DNA from: Capsulimonadaceae bacterium
Lineage (GTDB): Bacteria; Armatimonadota; Armatimonadia; Armatimonadales; Capsulimonadaceae
Assembly: GCA_965215505.1 (NCBI GenBank)
Contig: OZ244065.1
Coordinates: 256,001 to 320,000 of the forward strand
Length of the DNA stretch: 64,000 nt
Direction: 5' to 3'
The position numbers were made by a program, and so were the translations under genes. Shown here one piece after another: positions 53,428 to 63,195 of this stretch; the stretch's first letter is position 1; each line of letters begins with the position of its first letter. The notes under the pieces were generated by a model. It had not been told where the DNA came from. It ran no database searches and saw only the letters and a list, made by a program, of their open reading frames with translations.

Positions 53428-55713
53428 TCACGAATGCGCCGTCACCGTGATGACCTGCCGGGCGCGAATGTCGGTGGAGGAGGAGCCGATCTGGATCTCA
53501 TAAGGGCCAGGCTCCACCACATAAGCCTTCTTGGTCACGTCCCAATAACGGAACCGCGCGGGGGAGATGGTCAACGTCGCCGTGCGCGTCTGCCCTTTGG
53601 GAACGGACACGCGCTGGAAGGCGCAGAGGCTATGAATGGGCTGCGGCACTGCCGACTTGACGTGCCGGACGTAGACCTGGACCACTTCATCGCCGTCCCG
53701 CGCCCCGGTGTTACGCACCGGCACCGTGACCTGGAGCGTGTCCGTGGGACGGAGCTGCCGGGCGCTGAAGCGCGGCTTGCCGTAGGAGAAATCGGTGTAG
53801 CTCAGGCCGTAACCGAAGGGGAACAGCGCCTTCCCGGCGTAGTACCGGTAGGTGCGGCTGGCCATGCTGTAGTCCTGAAAGTCCGGCAGGGCCTCCGTGG
53901 AGGCGTAGAACGTCACGGGCAGCCGCCCGGAGGGGTTGTAGCGGCCCAGCAGGACGTCGGCCACCGCCGTGCCCCCGTTCTGGCCGGGATACCACGCCTG
54001 TAGGATGGCGGCCATGTGGTCCGCCTCCCAGGGGATCGCCATCGCGCTACCGCTGCAATTGACATACACGACGGGCTTGCCCACGGCGGCCACCGCTCTG
54101 AGGAGGTCTTCCTGCACCTGTGGCAGCTCGATGCGGGTGCGGTCACCGCCCGTGAAGCCCACCATTGTCACCCGCATCTCCTCCCCTTCCAGCCGCGCGG
54201 AGATGCCGCCGACGTAGATGACCACGTCGGCACTCTTTGCCGCCTCCACCGCCTGCTGGAACTCCGGCGAACTCGCGCCGGAGGTGTCGGCGGCATTGAC
54301 GGCCAGCGGGCAGCCGCGAACGTAGGTGACCTCTGCCCCCGTGCCGAGGGCGTCTTTGAGGCCCTGAAGGATGCTGATCGGGTGGGACGGTGTCCCGTTG
54401 TAGTTGCCCTGAAGCATCCGGATGTCGTCGGCATTGGCCCCGATGACGGCCACATGCTTGAGCTTGGCGGGGTCCAGCGGCAGCAGGCCGTCGTTTTTGA
54501 GCAGCACCATGGACTCGCGGGCCGCCCGCAGCGCCAGGTCGCCGTGCTGGGGCGTGTCGTTGTCCGCCGCCGTGATCTTCGCGTAGGCGTAGGTCGGCGG
54601 GTCAAAGAGGCCCAGCCGGAAGCGCTCCGTCAGGACGCGCCGCAAGGCCGTATTGATCTCGTCTTCGGAGATCTGCCCGCCGTGGACGGCCGAGACCAGC
54701 GCGCCGTAGGTGCCGCCGCAGTTGAGGTCGGTCCCGGCCTTGACGGCGTCCGCGGCGGCCTGCTCGCGGGTGTCGGCATAGTGATGGCCGCCGACGATGT
54801 CACCGACGGCATCGCAGTCGGAGACGACATAGCCGTCAAAGCCCCACTGCCCGCGCAGCAGGTCGGTCAGCAGCCACTTGTCCGCCGGGGCGGGGATGCC
54901 GTTGATGGCGTTGTAGGCGCTCATCACCTGGCCGACGTGTCCCTCGCGCACGGCGGCCTCGAACTGGGGCAGGTACGTCTCGTACAGGTCCCTTTCCGGG
55001 GGGTGGACGTCGAACCGGTGGCGCAGAGGCTCGGGGCCGCTGTGAACGGCGAAGTGCTTGGCGCAGGCGACGGCTTTCAGGTGCTGCGGGTCGTCGCCCT
55101 GCATCCCCTGGATGAAAGCGACGCCCATCCGGGCGGTCAGGAAGGGGTCCTCCCCGTAGGTCTCCTGCCCGCGCCCCCAGCGCGGGTCGCGGAAGATGTT
55201 GATGTTCGGGGACCAGATCGTCAGCCCGTTAAACCAGCCGTGGTCGCCCTCCACTCCCTTCGCGTTGAACTTGGCCCGCGCCTCCGTGGCGACCACATCG
55301 CCGATGGCGTGCAGGAGTGGCGGGTCCCAGGTGGCGGCATTGCCGATGGCCTGGGGGAACACCGTCGCGATCCCCTCATTGGCGATCCCATGCAGCCCCT
55401 CGCTCCAGTAATTGTAGGCGGGGACCCCCAGCCGGTGGATGGCGGGGGCACCGTTCTGGAGCTGCGCGGTCTTCTCCTCCAGCGTCATTTGGCCCATCAG
55501 GCTCTCCACCCGCGCCGCCAGCGGCCGGGAAGTATCCCGATAGGCCTGCGTTTCCGGGGCCGGGGCCGCGGGTGCCGCCGGGGCCGCGGCTGCGGCGTCC
55601 TGCGCCCGGACGGGCATGGGGCCGGCCAGCAGGGCGGCCCCGGCCCAAACGCCGGACAAGCTGGCGGCGAGGGCCAATGATTTTCCGAGGCGTACTTTTT
55701 TAAACGATGTCAT
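53428..55713 (-). CDS. GH3 beta-xylosidase/glucosidase with Fn3-like domain, secreted
   Basis: WSEGLHG, RDPRWGRGQETYGEDP, KHFAVH, GYVVSDC, SMVLLKN, FPFGYGLSY. Confidence 0.95.
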   Translation of the reverse strand: MTSFKKVRLGKSLALAASLSGVWAGAALLAGPMPVRAQDAAAAAPAAPAAPAPETQAYRDTSRPLAARVESLMGQMTLEEKTAQLQNGAPAIHRLGVPAYNYWSEGLHGIANEGIATVFPQAIGNAATWDPPLLHAIGDVVATEARAKFNAKGVEGDHGWFNGLTIWSPNINIFRDPRWGRGQETYGEDPFLTARMGVAFIQGMQGDDPQHLKAVACAKHFAVHSGPEPLRHRFDVHPPERDLYETYLPQFEAAVREGHVGQVMSAYNAINGIPAPADKWLLTDLLRGQWGFDGYVVSDCDAVGDIVGGHHYADTREQAAADAVKAGTDLNCGGTYGALVSAVHGGQISEDEINTALRRVLTERFRLGLFDPPTYAYAKITAADNDTPQHGDLALRAARESMVLLKNDGLLPLDPAKLKHVAVIGANADDIRMLQGNYNGTPSHPISILQGLKDALGTGAEVTYVRGCPLAVNAADTSGASSPEFQQAVEAAKSADVVIYVGGISARLEGEEMRVTMVGFTGGDRTRIELPQVQEDLLRAVAAVGKPVVYVNCSGSAMAIPWEADHMAAILQAWYPGQNGGTAVADVLLGRYNPSGRLPVTFYASTEALPDFQDYSMASRTYRYYAGKALFPFGYGLSYTDFSYGKPRFSARQLRPTDTLQVTVPVRNTGARDGDEVVQVYVRHVKSAVPQPIHSLCAFQRVSVPKGQTRTATLTISPARFRYWDVTKKAYVVEPGPYEIQIGSSSTDIRARQVITVTAHS

Positions 55714-55775
55714 TTCTTGTCGTCTCCCGAATGATGCTGTCAGCGGTGTGTGACGGTATCAGCGCGGCACCGCGC

Positions 55776-58541
55776 TCATTCACGCACGGTCAGCGCCTTC
55801 CCCGTGTAAATCACGGTCTTTGTCGCGGCGGGCGCACCCATCGCCCCCGGCTTCTCCCAGACGATCCGGAAGGTGCGCTTCTGGAGCATCCCGGCGAACG
55901 AGCCTGTCCGCCTGCCCACCGTGAGCACCCGCCACTTGTCGTCCCAGGTGAAGGGGATGGTCGCTGACCGCCCCCGGAGATAGTTCGTGTTGTCTCCCTC
56001 ATCCTCGTAAAGCGTGAAGGCACCGTCCGCGCCGAGGTAGACGCGCAGCTCGATCGGGTCGGCCGCTTTCTGCGCGACGTACTGGAGTTCCGGCCCGAAC
56101 GGGATGATGGCGCCGTCGCGGATGAACAGCGGAATCTTCTCGACCGGCGCGGCGGCGGTGATCGTCTGCCCGCCGCGATAGTGTGTTCCGGTCCAGAAAT
56201 CCATCCAGCCGGTGCCGCCGGGCAGATAAACGGAGCGCGACACCGCGCCTGGTTTAATGACGGGGCAGACCAAAATCGAAGGGCCGAACAGAAACTCGTC
56301 CTGGGCATGGCAGGCCGTGGCGTCCTTCGGGAAGTCCATCACGAGCGCGCGCATGATCGTTCCGCCGCCATGCGTCACCTGCCAGGCCTGAGAGTAAATG
56401 TAGGGCATCAGGCGGTAGCGCAGGGTATCGTACTGAACCAGAGTCTTCTCCGTGTCCGGCCCGAAGCGCCAGAGTTCTTTGGGCGTGTCCGTGCCGTGAA
56501 CCCGGAAGAGCGGGCAGAACGTCCCGTACTCGAACCAGCGCGTGAACAGCTCCCGATAGGCAGGGTTGGAGGAGCCGCCCGGAAACGAACTGCGCGGGAC
56601 GAAGAAGCCGCCGATGTCGGTGGTCCAGTAGGGGATGCCGGACAGGCAGAAGTTCAGACCGGCGGGAATCTGCCGGGCAAAGACGTCCCAACTGGCGGTG
56701 ATGTCCCCCGACCAGGTCGCAGCCCCGGTGCGCTGCTGGCCTGCATAGGCCGAGCGGGTCAGGATGAAGACGCGCTTGTTCGGGGCCGCAAGCCGCTGAC
56801 CTTCCGAGACGCCCACCGTGTGCATGAGCGGCCAGGCGTTCAGCACCCGCGCGCCGAGGCCGGCGGCGGTCGTCGTCCGGCGGAACGCCGTCATGTTGAC
56901 CTCCGGCTCGGAGGCATCCAGCCACCAGGCGTCCACGCCCTTGGAGAACAGCGCGTCGCGCATCTGCCGCCAGTAGATCGTCCGCGCCTCCGGGCTGAAG
57001 GCGTCGTAGAATTGGTCCGGCCCACGGACGGAGGCCGGGTACAAAAAGCCTTTGGCGTTCATCTCATCGTAGTTGTCGTCGGGTTTGCCCGCCCGGCTCG
57101 CGTCGAACTTGCCCCAGACGGAGATCATGAGGTGCAGGTGGTCCTGATCGTGCAGGGCCTTGATGGTGCCCGCCGGATCGGGGTAGCGTTTCGGGTCGAA
57201 CTGGTGCGACCCCCAGGCGAGCGGGTCCCAGTAGAACCAGTCCTGGACGATGTTGTCGAGCGGCTCGTGCCGCGAGCGGTAGCCTTGGGCGACGTCGAGC
57301 AGTTCCTGCTGGGTGGCGTAGCGCTCTTTGCTCTGCCACAAGCCCAGCGCCCACTTCGGGATGAGCGGCGCTTCGCCGGTGGCGTGACGGTACTCGGCGA
57401 TCACCCGGTCCAGGGAGGGGCCGTAGAAGACGGTGTAGTCGAGCGTGTCGGCCGCCTCGGATGTCCACTGCACCCTCGGGTGGGTGCCCGGCTTGCTCCA
57501 GGAGAGGCGGACCAGGGCGTCGCCGCCGCCCTGGAAGTACTCCAGGCGGATCGCGTGCCGCGTGCCCGCCGCAAGGTGGACGGTCGCCTCGTCGGTGGCG
57601 GCGGGGTGGACCGACCAGTCATCAATCACGGGCTTGCCGTCTATCCACAGCCGCGCCCCGTCATCCGCCCTGGTCTGGAAGGCGTAGTCGCCCGCCTCCG
57701 CCGCCTGGACGAAGCCCGTCCAGCGCACGGAATAGTTGTCGTGCGGCAGCCCCGCCGGCGGCACGGCGGTCCAGAGGAAATCCACGCCGGGGTCGGTCTG
57801 CGTCCGGGCCGGACTCTCGAAGTTCGTTCCCAAGAAGTAGTGCGCCGTCAGGCCGCCCGGCTTGCCGTTTTCGTCTTCGAGTGCCGTGGCCGGGATGACC
57901 GCCGAGCGCGATCCGGCGGAGATCTCCGTGTGGGCGGCGTCGTTCCAGAGGAGGCCGTAGCCGCGATTGGAGACCAGAAACGGGATGCCGACCTCGCGGT
58001 TCCCCTGCTCCTCGATGACGGTCGTGCCCCGGTGGTCGAGGTGGCCGTCCTGGTGCTGCCCCAGGCCATAGATCGCCTCCCCAGGTGCCAGCGCGAACGT
58101 GTCCTCCGCCCTGAACGAGTCTTCATGGCTTCCCGGCCCCGAGGCCGGCAGGGTGATCGGAGTCAGGGAGCGGGCGCCGGGCGCTTCGTCCAGGACCGGG
58201 TGCCCGGAAGCATCCAGAAACCGGACCGCGCCAGTCCTGCGGTTGACACGCGCCTGTAGGTGGCCCGTGGCGAGCGTCACCGAGGCGGCATTGGCCGAGA
58301 CCCGGAACGCGGGCGGCGGGTCTTTCGCGATCAGGACCGGGACGCGCTGCGGCGGGAAGACGCCGTCCGCGCTGTCGCGGACGCGGATGACATCCGGGGC
58401 CAGGGCCTGGAGCCGGAGCGTATCATGGCCGAACGAGAGGATGACCCCATCGGGCTGTTTCTGCACGGACCGTACCGACTCGGCACGGGCGTGGGGACAG
58501 AGTGAGAGCGCGCACGCCGCGACCGCAGCACCGGCGCGCAT
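55776..58541 (-). CDS. GH31 alpha-xylosidase with PA14 domain; native 5' end (ATG at 59400) split off by IS1
   Basis: IVQDWFYW, WWLDASEPE, WSGDI, WTTDIGGF; PA14 YSVRWTG...ADDGARL. Removing the IS restores MRLKSTGITIGRMRAG. 58541 is the remaining in-frame ATG; whether the gene is still functional is uncertain. Confidence 0.88.
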   Translation of the reverse strand: MRAGAAVAACALSLCPHARAESVRSVQKQPDGVILSFGHDTLRLQALAPDVIRVRDSADGVFPPQRVPVLIAKDPPPAFRVSANAASVTLATGHLQARVNRRTGAVRFLDASGHPVLDEAPGARSLTPITLPASGPGSHEDSFRAEDTFALAPGEAIYGLGQHQDGHLDHRGTTVIEEQGNREVGIPFLVSNRGYGLLWNDAAHTEISAGSRSAVIPATALEDENGKPGGLTAHYFLGTNFESPARTQTDPGVDFLWTAVPPAGLPHDNYSVRWTGFVQAAEAGDYAFQTRADDGARLWIDGKPVIDDWSVHPAATDEATVHLAAGTRHAIRLEYFQGGGDALVRLSWSKPGTHPRVQWTSEAADTLDYTVFYGPSLDRVIAEYRHATGEAPLIPKWALGLWQSKERYATQQELLDVAQGYRSRHEPLDNIVQDWFYWDPLAWGSHQFDPKRYPDPAGTIKALHDQDHLHLMISVWGKFDASRAGKPDDNYDEMNAKGFLYPASVRGPDQFYDAFSPEARTIYWRQMRDALFSKGVDAWWLDASEPEVNMTAFRRTTTAAGLGARVLNAWPLMHTVGVSEGQRLAAPNKRVFILTRSAYAGQQRTGAATWSGDITASWDVFARQIPAGLNFCLSGIPYWTTDIGGFFVPRSSFPGGSSNPAYRELFTRWFEYGTFCPLFRVHGTDTPKELWRFGPDTEKTLVQYDTLRYRLMPYIYSQAWQVTHGGGTIMRALVMDFPKDATACHAQDEFLFGPSILVCPVIKPGAVSRSVYLPGGTGWMDFWTGTHYRGGQTITAAAPVEKIPLFIRDGAIIPFGPELQYVAQKAADPIELRVYLGADGAFTLYEDEGDNTNYLRGRSATIPFTWDDKWRVLTVGRRTGSFAGMLQKRTFRIVWEKPGAMGAPAATKTVIYTGKALTVRE

Positions 58542-58620
58542 ACGCCCGATTGTGATTCCTGTACTTTTTGGTAGTGGTTTCAAGGATGTTGTTGTCTCGT
58601 CCGCTGGGTAGACTCCGAAC

Positions 58621-58938
58621 ATGGTCATCCAAGTCCTTCACTGCGCCCACTGCCAGAGCCAGAACGTCATCCGCCACGGCAAAGACAAAGCCGACCGCCA
58701 GCGCTACCGCTGCCACGACTGCCGCCGCACCTTCCAGGACGCCCAGGAGCAGGCGAGCCGTCGCGCCCGGCGCGCGGAAACCCAAGCCCGCGCCCTCGCG
58801 GCCTACCAGGAGCGCGCCTCGATGCGCGGGGTCTGCCGCCTCTTCGGCATCGGGCGGAACACCCTGAGCGGCTGGCTAAAAAAAAGCCCGCCACTTACCG
58901 CCGCTCCCCGAGACGCTGGCCCCCGTCCGACGCGATGA
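58621..58938 (+). CDS. insA: IS1 InsA-like protein (zinc finger plus HTH)
   Basis: CAHCQS...RHG...QRYRCHDC, SMRGVCRLFGIGRNTLSGW. Confidence 0.88.
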   Translation: MVIQVLHCAHCQSQNVIRHGKDKADRQRYRCHDCRRTFQDAQEQASRRARRAETQARALAAYQERASMRGVCRLFGIGRNTLSGWLKKSPPLTAAPRDAGPRPTR

Positions 58939-59374
58939 CGTGCTGGAACTCGACGAACTCTGGTCGTTCGTCGCACGGCGCAAGAACAAGCGGTGGGTGT
59001 GGCTCGCCCTGTGCCGCCGGACGCGCCAGGTCGTCGCCTACGCCCTCGGGGACCGGGGCGTGCGGACCTGCCGCCTGCTGTGGGAGCGCGTCCCGCGTCG
59101 GCTGCGCCAGGCGCTGACGTTCACGGACTTCTGGGGGGCGTACCAGAAGGTGGTGCCGGAGGGGCAGCACGTCGCCTGCGGCAAGGGCAGCGGCCAGACT
59201 GATCATATCGAGCGGTTCAACAACACGCTGCGGCAGCGCCTCGCCCGGTTCGTGCGGCAGACGCTCTCGTTCAGCAAGTCGGAGGTGATGCATGAGGACT
59301 GCCTGCGGCTGTTCCTGCACCACTACAACACGCACATGGCTCCCGGCGTGGCTGCCAGCCAACAACACTCATGA
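58886..59374 (+). CDS. insB: IS1 InsB-like DDE domain, joined to InsA by recoding at an A8 run
   Basis: LELDELWSFV, FTDFWGAY, HIERFNNTLRQR, TLSFSKS; frame open from 58886, immediately after A8 (58878-58885). Confidence 0.88.
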   Translation, partial: ARHLPPLPETLAPVRRDDVLELDELWSFVARRKNKRWVWLALCRRTRQVVAYALGDRGVRTCRLLWERVPRRLRQALTFTDFWGAYQKVVPEGQHVACGKGSGQTDHIERFNNTLRQRLARFVRQTLSFSKSEVMHEDCLRLFLHHYNTHMAPGVAASQQHS

Positions 59375-59435
59375 AACCACTACCTACTTTTTAATCTCAT
59401 AGCGTCTTTTTTGAGGTCTAGTGCCGCCGCGTGTC

Positions 59436-61502
59436 TCACCGGAACACGCGCTGAAGGAAATAGTACAGGTTGTTCTTCCACTCCGTGGCGTCGTGTGCGT
59501 GACCGTCCACGTTCCAGACGTGCGGGACGTCCTTCTCCTTCAGGTAGGCGTGTACCCCCTGGCTGATTCGCAGCAGCCCGTCCTGGCTGCCGCCCGAGAC
59601 CCAGAGCAGCTTCAGCCCCTTGCGCGCCGCCGCCGGGTCCGGCACGAGCTGCGCTGGGGCTTCCGTGTTCGGGGCCGCCGAGAAACCGCCCACCCAGGCA
59701 AACCTGTCGAGGTGCGCCAGCCCGAAGTCGAGCGACTGGCCGCCCCCCATGGACAGCCCCGCCAGCGCCCGATGCTCCCGGTCCGCCCGCACCGAGTAGC
59801 GCGACTCGATTGCCGGGATGACGTCTTGCAGCAGGTCCTGCTCGAACGCGGCGAACGCGGGCGCGGAGGCGTAAACGTTCCCCTCGGCCCGGTCGTTCTT
59901 CTGGGCGCGGCCGTTCGGCATCACGAGGATCATCGGGACCGCTTTGCCCGCCGCGACCAGGTTGTCCAGCAGGAGATCGGGCGTCGCGACCCGTTCCCAT
60001 TCCGTCTCATCGCCGCCGATCCCGTGCAGCAGATACAGCACCGGGTACTTCTTGGCCGGCGTGTAGCCGGGCGGCGTATACACCTGCATCTTGCGGCGCG
60101 TGCCGACGGTCTTGGAGTCGTACTCGACCATCTCCAGCTTGCCGTGCGGGATGTCTGCGCGGTTCGCGGCGATGTCGGCGGGCGGCTCGGGATAGACCTG
60201 CTTGTCGTCCGGGTTCAGCGTCACTGGGCCACCGAAGGCACTCGGCCCGATGCGCGGCTCGCCGGCGACGGGCCGGGGGGCGTCCGGCCCCTGGAACAGC
60301 AGGGGCGCGAATTCGTGCAGGTCGCGCCGCCAGGTCAGCCACTCGTGCGCGGTTCCGGGCGACTCGTAGTAGACGTTCTTGATTCCCGCCTGCTCCAGCG
60401 CCAGGTGGTAGCCGTGGACGCTGTTGTAAATAAACTGTGGCTCTGCCGTCCCGGCACCCAGCCAGAGGAGCCGCATCTTTTTGTTGAAGGCGTCCGGGTC
60501 CGCCATGACCCCGTTGTGATCGGTCTTCAAGTCCAAGGGGCCGCCGAACCCGCCACCGCCACCGCTGAAGCCGCCGATGGAAGCGAAAACGTCCGTGTGG
60601 TTTAGCCCGATCAGGTACGCCTGGAACCCGCCCATCGAGAGGCCCGCCAGCGCCCGGTGGTCCCGGTCGGGGACGGTCCGGTAGGTGGAATCAATCATGG
60701 GGATCAGGTCTTTGAGGAACACGTCGTCGAGCGCCGAGAACATCCGGCTGAAATCCGGTGCGCCCCCGCCTGGACCTCCCGGTCCGGGCGGGGTGGCCGT
60801 CTCGCCGGCCCGCCGGGCGTACCCGTTTTCCATGACCACCAGCATCGGCTTCGCCTTGCCCTCGGCGATGAGGTTGTCCAGGATGATGCCGACGCGCCCC
60901 TGGTTTCCCCAGCCGCGCTCGTCCTCGCCCGACCCGTGCTGGAGGTAGAGGACGGGGTAGCGGGCGGCCCGTCTGGTGTCGTAGTCGGGTGGGGTGTAGA
61001 CGAAGATGCGCCGCCACGACCCGGTCGTCTTGGAGAAGTACCGCCGCTCGCGCACCTCGCCCTGCGGCACGTTCTTGACCTGGTAGAAGTCCACGCCCTT
61101 TTCCGGGATCTCAATGCCGCTGGCCTCCTTGCCAGTGCCGTAGAAGGTCTCGCTGCCGGGGTCGTTGACCGAGACGCCGTCAATCACCAGGAAGTAGTAG
61201 TGGAAGCCGGGCACCTGCGGATCGGTCGTGGCGGTCCAGTTGCCCTCGCCGTCCTTTGTCGCGGCGTAATGCTTGCCCAGGTCGAATTCCACCTTCTGGG
61301 CGTCCGGTGCCTTGACGCGGAAGACGACGCGCAGGTCGGGCGTGAGGCGCGGGTACTCGGTTCCCGCAATGTTGGATGTCGCGGGAACGGCCTCCGCCGC
61401 ACTTGGGGTCGGCGGAGTATCCGCCGCCGCGGGCGGGCCGGCGGCCAGGGCGAGGGGCACGAGGGCGGCGATCTGCCATAGAGCTTGCCACGGGAGTTTC
61501 AT
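59436..61502 (-). CDS. Secreted tandem CE1 esterase (two alpha/beta hydrolase domains, N-terminal CBM48-like domain)
   Basis: Two sets of VYTPP...YPVLYL.HG...RALAGLSMGG...H motifs; FRVKAPDAQKV N-domain. Confidence 0.9.
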   Translation of the reverse strand: MKLPWQALWQIAALVPLALAAGPPAAADTPPTPSAAEAVPATSNIAGTEYPRLTPDLRVVFRVKAPDAQKVEFDLGKHYAATKDGEGNWTATTDPQVPGFHYYFLVIDGVSVNDPGSETFYGTGKEASGIEIPEKGVDFYQVKNVPQGEVRERRYFSKTTGSWRRIFVYTPPDYDTRRAARYPVLYLQHGSGEDERGWGNQGRVGIILDNLIAEGKAKPMLVVMENGYARRAGETATPPGPGGPGGGAPDFSRMFSALDDVFLKDLIPMIDSTYRTVPDRDHRALAGLSMGGFQAYLIGLNHTDVFASIGGFSGGGGGFGGPLDLKTDHNGVMADPDAFNKKMRLLWLGAGTAEPQFIYNSVHGYHLALEQAGIKNVYYESPGTAHEWLTWRRDLHEFAPLLFQGPDAPRPVAGEPRIGPSAFGGPVTLNPDDKQVYPEPPADIAANRADIPHGKLEMVEYDSKTVGTRRKMQVYTPPGYTPAKKYPVLYLLHGIGGDETEWERVATPDLLLDNLVAAGKAVPMILVMPNGRAQKNDRAEGNVYASAPAFAAFEQDLLQDVIPAIESRYSVRADREHRALAGLSMGGGQSLDFGLAHLDRFAWVGGFSAAPNTEAPAQLVPDPAAARKGLKLLWVSGGSQDGLLRISQGVHAYLKEKDVPHVWNVDGHAHDATEWKNNLYYFLQRVFR

Positions 61503-61505
61503 GGG

Positions 61506-63116
61506 TCATCGCTCCTTTCGGGTGAGCATGATCAGGTACACATCGTTCTCCCGCAGCGGCAGGCGGATCTGGAAGGGGCTGCCGGGTGTGACGGCGACGG
61601 TGCGCGTCAGGAACGGCACCCCGCCGTTCTTCCGCTTGATGAGCGCGACCTGCGGGCGGGTGAGCTGGCCGGGAGAGCCGAGGTCCCTGTAGGTGGCATA
61701 CGGGTCATTGGAGCGGTATCCGACCCGAGTGCAGCGGACGGTGTAGCGCCCGGACGGGAGGTGGGCGACGCGGAGCGCGACCTCGCCCTTGGGCCGGGCG
61801 GGGTGGTCCTCCTTGTAGAACGCCTGATCGTTCTCGGTGCCCGGCTGTGTGACGGTGAAGTCCCAGAGGAGGGCCTGGACGCCGCCGCGCGGGTCGCGGG
61901 TGACGAGGGAGGCGGCATCGCGGTTCACGAGTTCCGTGGGCCCCAGCTCGTTCAGGAAGCGGTAGGCGTAGAACGCGGGCTTGACGATGTCCTCGTAGTT
62001 GATCAGCCCGAAGCCGCCGTGGAAGGGGGTGGCGCGTGGGCCGGCCTCCTCGAAGATGTCGGTGAAGGTCCAGTAGGACATGCCGCTGACCGCCGGCCCG
62101 CCGTTCTTGACTTTGTCCAGGATGTAGGCGGCCTCGACGTAGTTGTCGTGGATGGGGTCGGCGGGCGTGTAGGAGGCGCTCCACTCGGTGTAGAAGAGCG
62201 GCAGGCGCGGCAGGGGCGAGGCGGCGACCTCGGCGCGGGTGCGGCGCATGTCGCCGGAGACGGCATCGGGGTCGCGGCTGACGACCGTGCCGCGGTTGCC
62301 CTCGGCGTCCAGGAACCCCTGGCCGACGCCGTATGTGTGGGTGCTGACGAAGTCCACCGGGACGTGGTTGTCGGCGCAGTAGCGGATGAAGTCGGTGATC
62401 CAGCCGTTGCCGGCGGTGGCCGGGCCGCCGACGCGGTATTGCGGTGAGACGGACTTGACGGCGGCGGCGGAGGCGGCGTAGAGCTTGAAATAATCCTGCT
62501 GGTCCCCCGTCCAGAAGCCGCCCTTCAGGTTCGGCTCGTTCCAGACCTCGAAGTACCAGTTCTTGACCTCCTCCTGCCCGTAACGCTCGGTCCAGTGCCG
62601 CGCGGCGGCGGCCACCAGGTCGTGCCACTTGTCGTAGTCTTTGGGTGGCGTGACGTTGCCGCGCCACCAGAAGATGGTCTGCCGCCCGCTGGCGAGGGCA
62701 CCGGGCATGAACCCAAGCTCGACAAAGGGGCGGACGTGGATGCTGAGGAGGAAGTCGTAGAGCCGGTCAACGTACTGCCAGTTGTAGACGGGTTTGCCGG
62801 ACTTGTCCTCGCTGTAGACGCCCATGTCGTCGGTGAAGAGGCCGTGCATGCGGATGTACTGGAAGCCGCACTTCTGCCGGGCATAGGCGAGCTGGTGCTG
62901 CCAGTCGGCGCGCAGCCCCTCATCGGCCCGCCCCGCGCCGATGCACTGCCGGTACACCTGGCTGGTCGGCCCCTTCACCTGGGCACAATCAACGGCGATG
63001 GTGCGTCGGGGGGCGGCGGACTGACTCGCGGCGCGGGCGTCCTCCGGCAGCAGAGGCGCGGCGAGGCAGAAGGCGGCTGCCGCACCGGCCGCCAGCGCTT
63101 TACAGCGGGATGTCAT
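61506..63116 (-). CDS. GH39 beta-xylosidase, secreted
   Basis: YIRMHGLF, PFVELGFMP, FEVWNEPN, FVSTHTY, YTEWS, SYWTFTDIFEE. GGAG RBS. Confidence 0.93.
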   Translation of the reverse strand: MTSRCKALAAGAAAAFCLAAPLLPEDARAASQSAAPRRTIAVDCAQVKGPTSQVYRQCIGAGRADEGLRADWQHQLAYARQKCGFQYIRMHGLFTDDMGVYSEDKSGKPVYNWQYVDRLYDFLLSIHVRPFVELGFMPGALASGRQTIFWWRGNVTPPKDYDKWHDLVAAAARHWTERYGQEEVKNWYFEVWNEPNLKGGFWTGDQQDYFKLYAASAAAVKSVSPQYRVGGPATAGNGWITDFIRYCADNHVPVDFVSTHTYGVGQGFLDAEGNRGTVVSRDPDAVSGDMRRTRAEVAASPLPRLPLFYTEWSASYTPADPIHDNYVEAAYILDKVKNGGPAVSGMSYWTFTDIFEEAGPRATPFHGGFGLINYEDIVKPAFYAYRFLNELGPTELVNRDAASLVTRDPRGGVQALLWDFTVTQPGTENDQAFYKEDHPARPKGEVALRVAHLPSGRYTVRCTRVGYRSNDPYATYRDLGSPGQLTRPQVALIKRKNGGVPFLTRTVAVTPGSPFQIRLPLRENDVYLIMLTRKER

Positions 63117-63195
63117 TCGGGATTCTCCATGTCGGTTATCTTCTGGGGGCGGGTGTCCGGCTGAGTGCTGCATGCCGACCGGACCCCTCCGAGGC

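Larger units (their letters stand above)
58570..59384 (+). mobile_element. IS1 family insertion sequence (815 bp)
   Basis: Terminal IRs GGTAGTGGTTTCAAGGATGTTGTTG / GGTAGTGGTTTCATGAGTGTTGTTG (22/25); 8-bp target duplication TACTTTTT at 58562-58569 and 59385-59392; insA/insB-like ORFs. Confidence 0.95.

Noticed and set aside
3486..58259. Long antisense ORFs (e.g. 3486-6026, 18542-20278, 30784-32706, 49039-50943, 56181-58259)
   Set aside because: Shadow ORFs opposite well-supported genes, expected from high-GC codon bias; no recognisable motifs.
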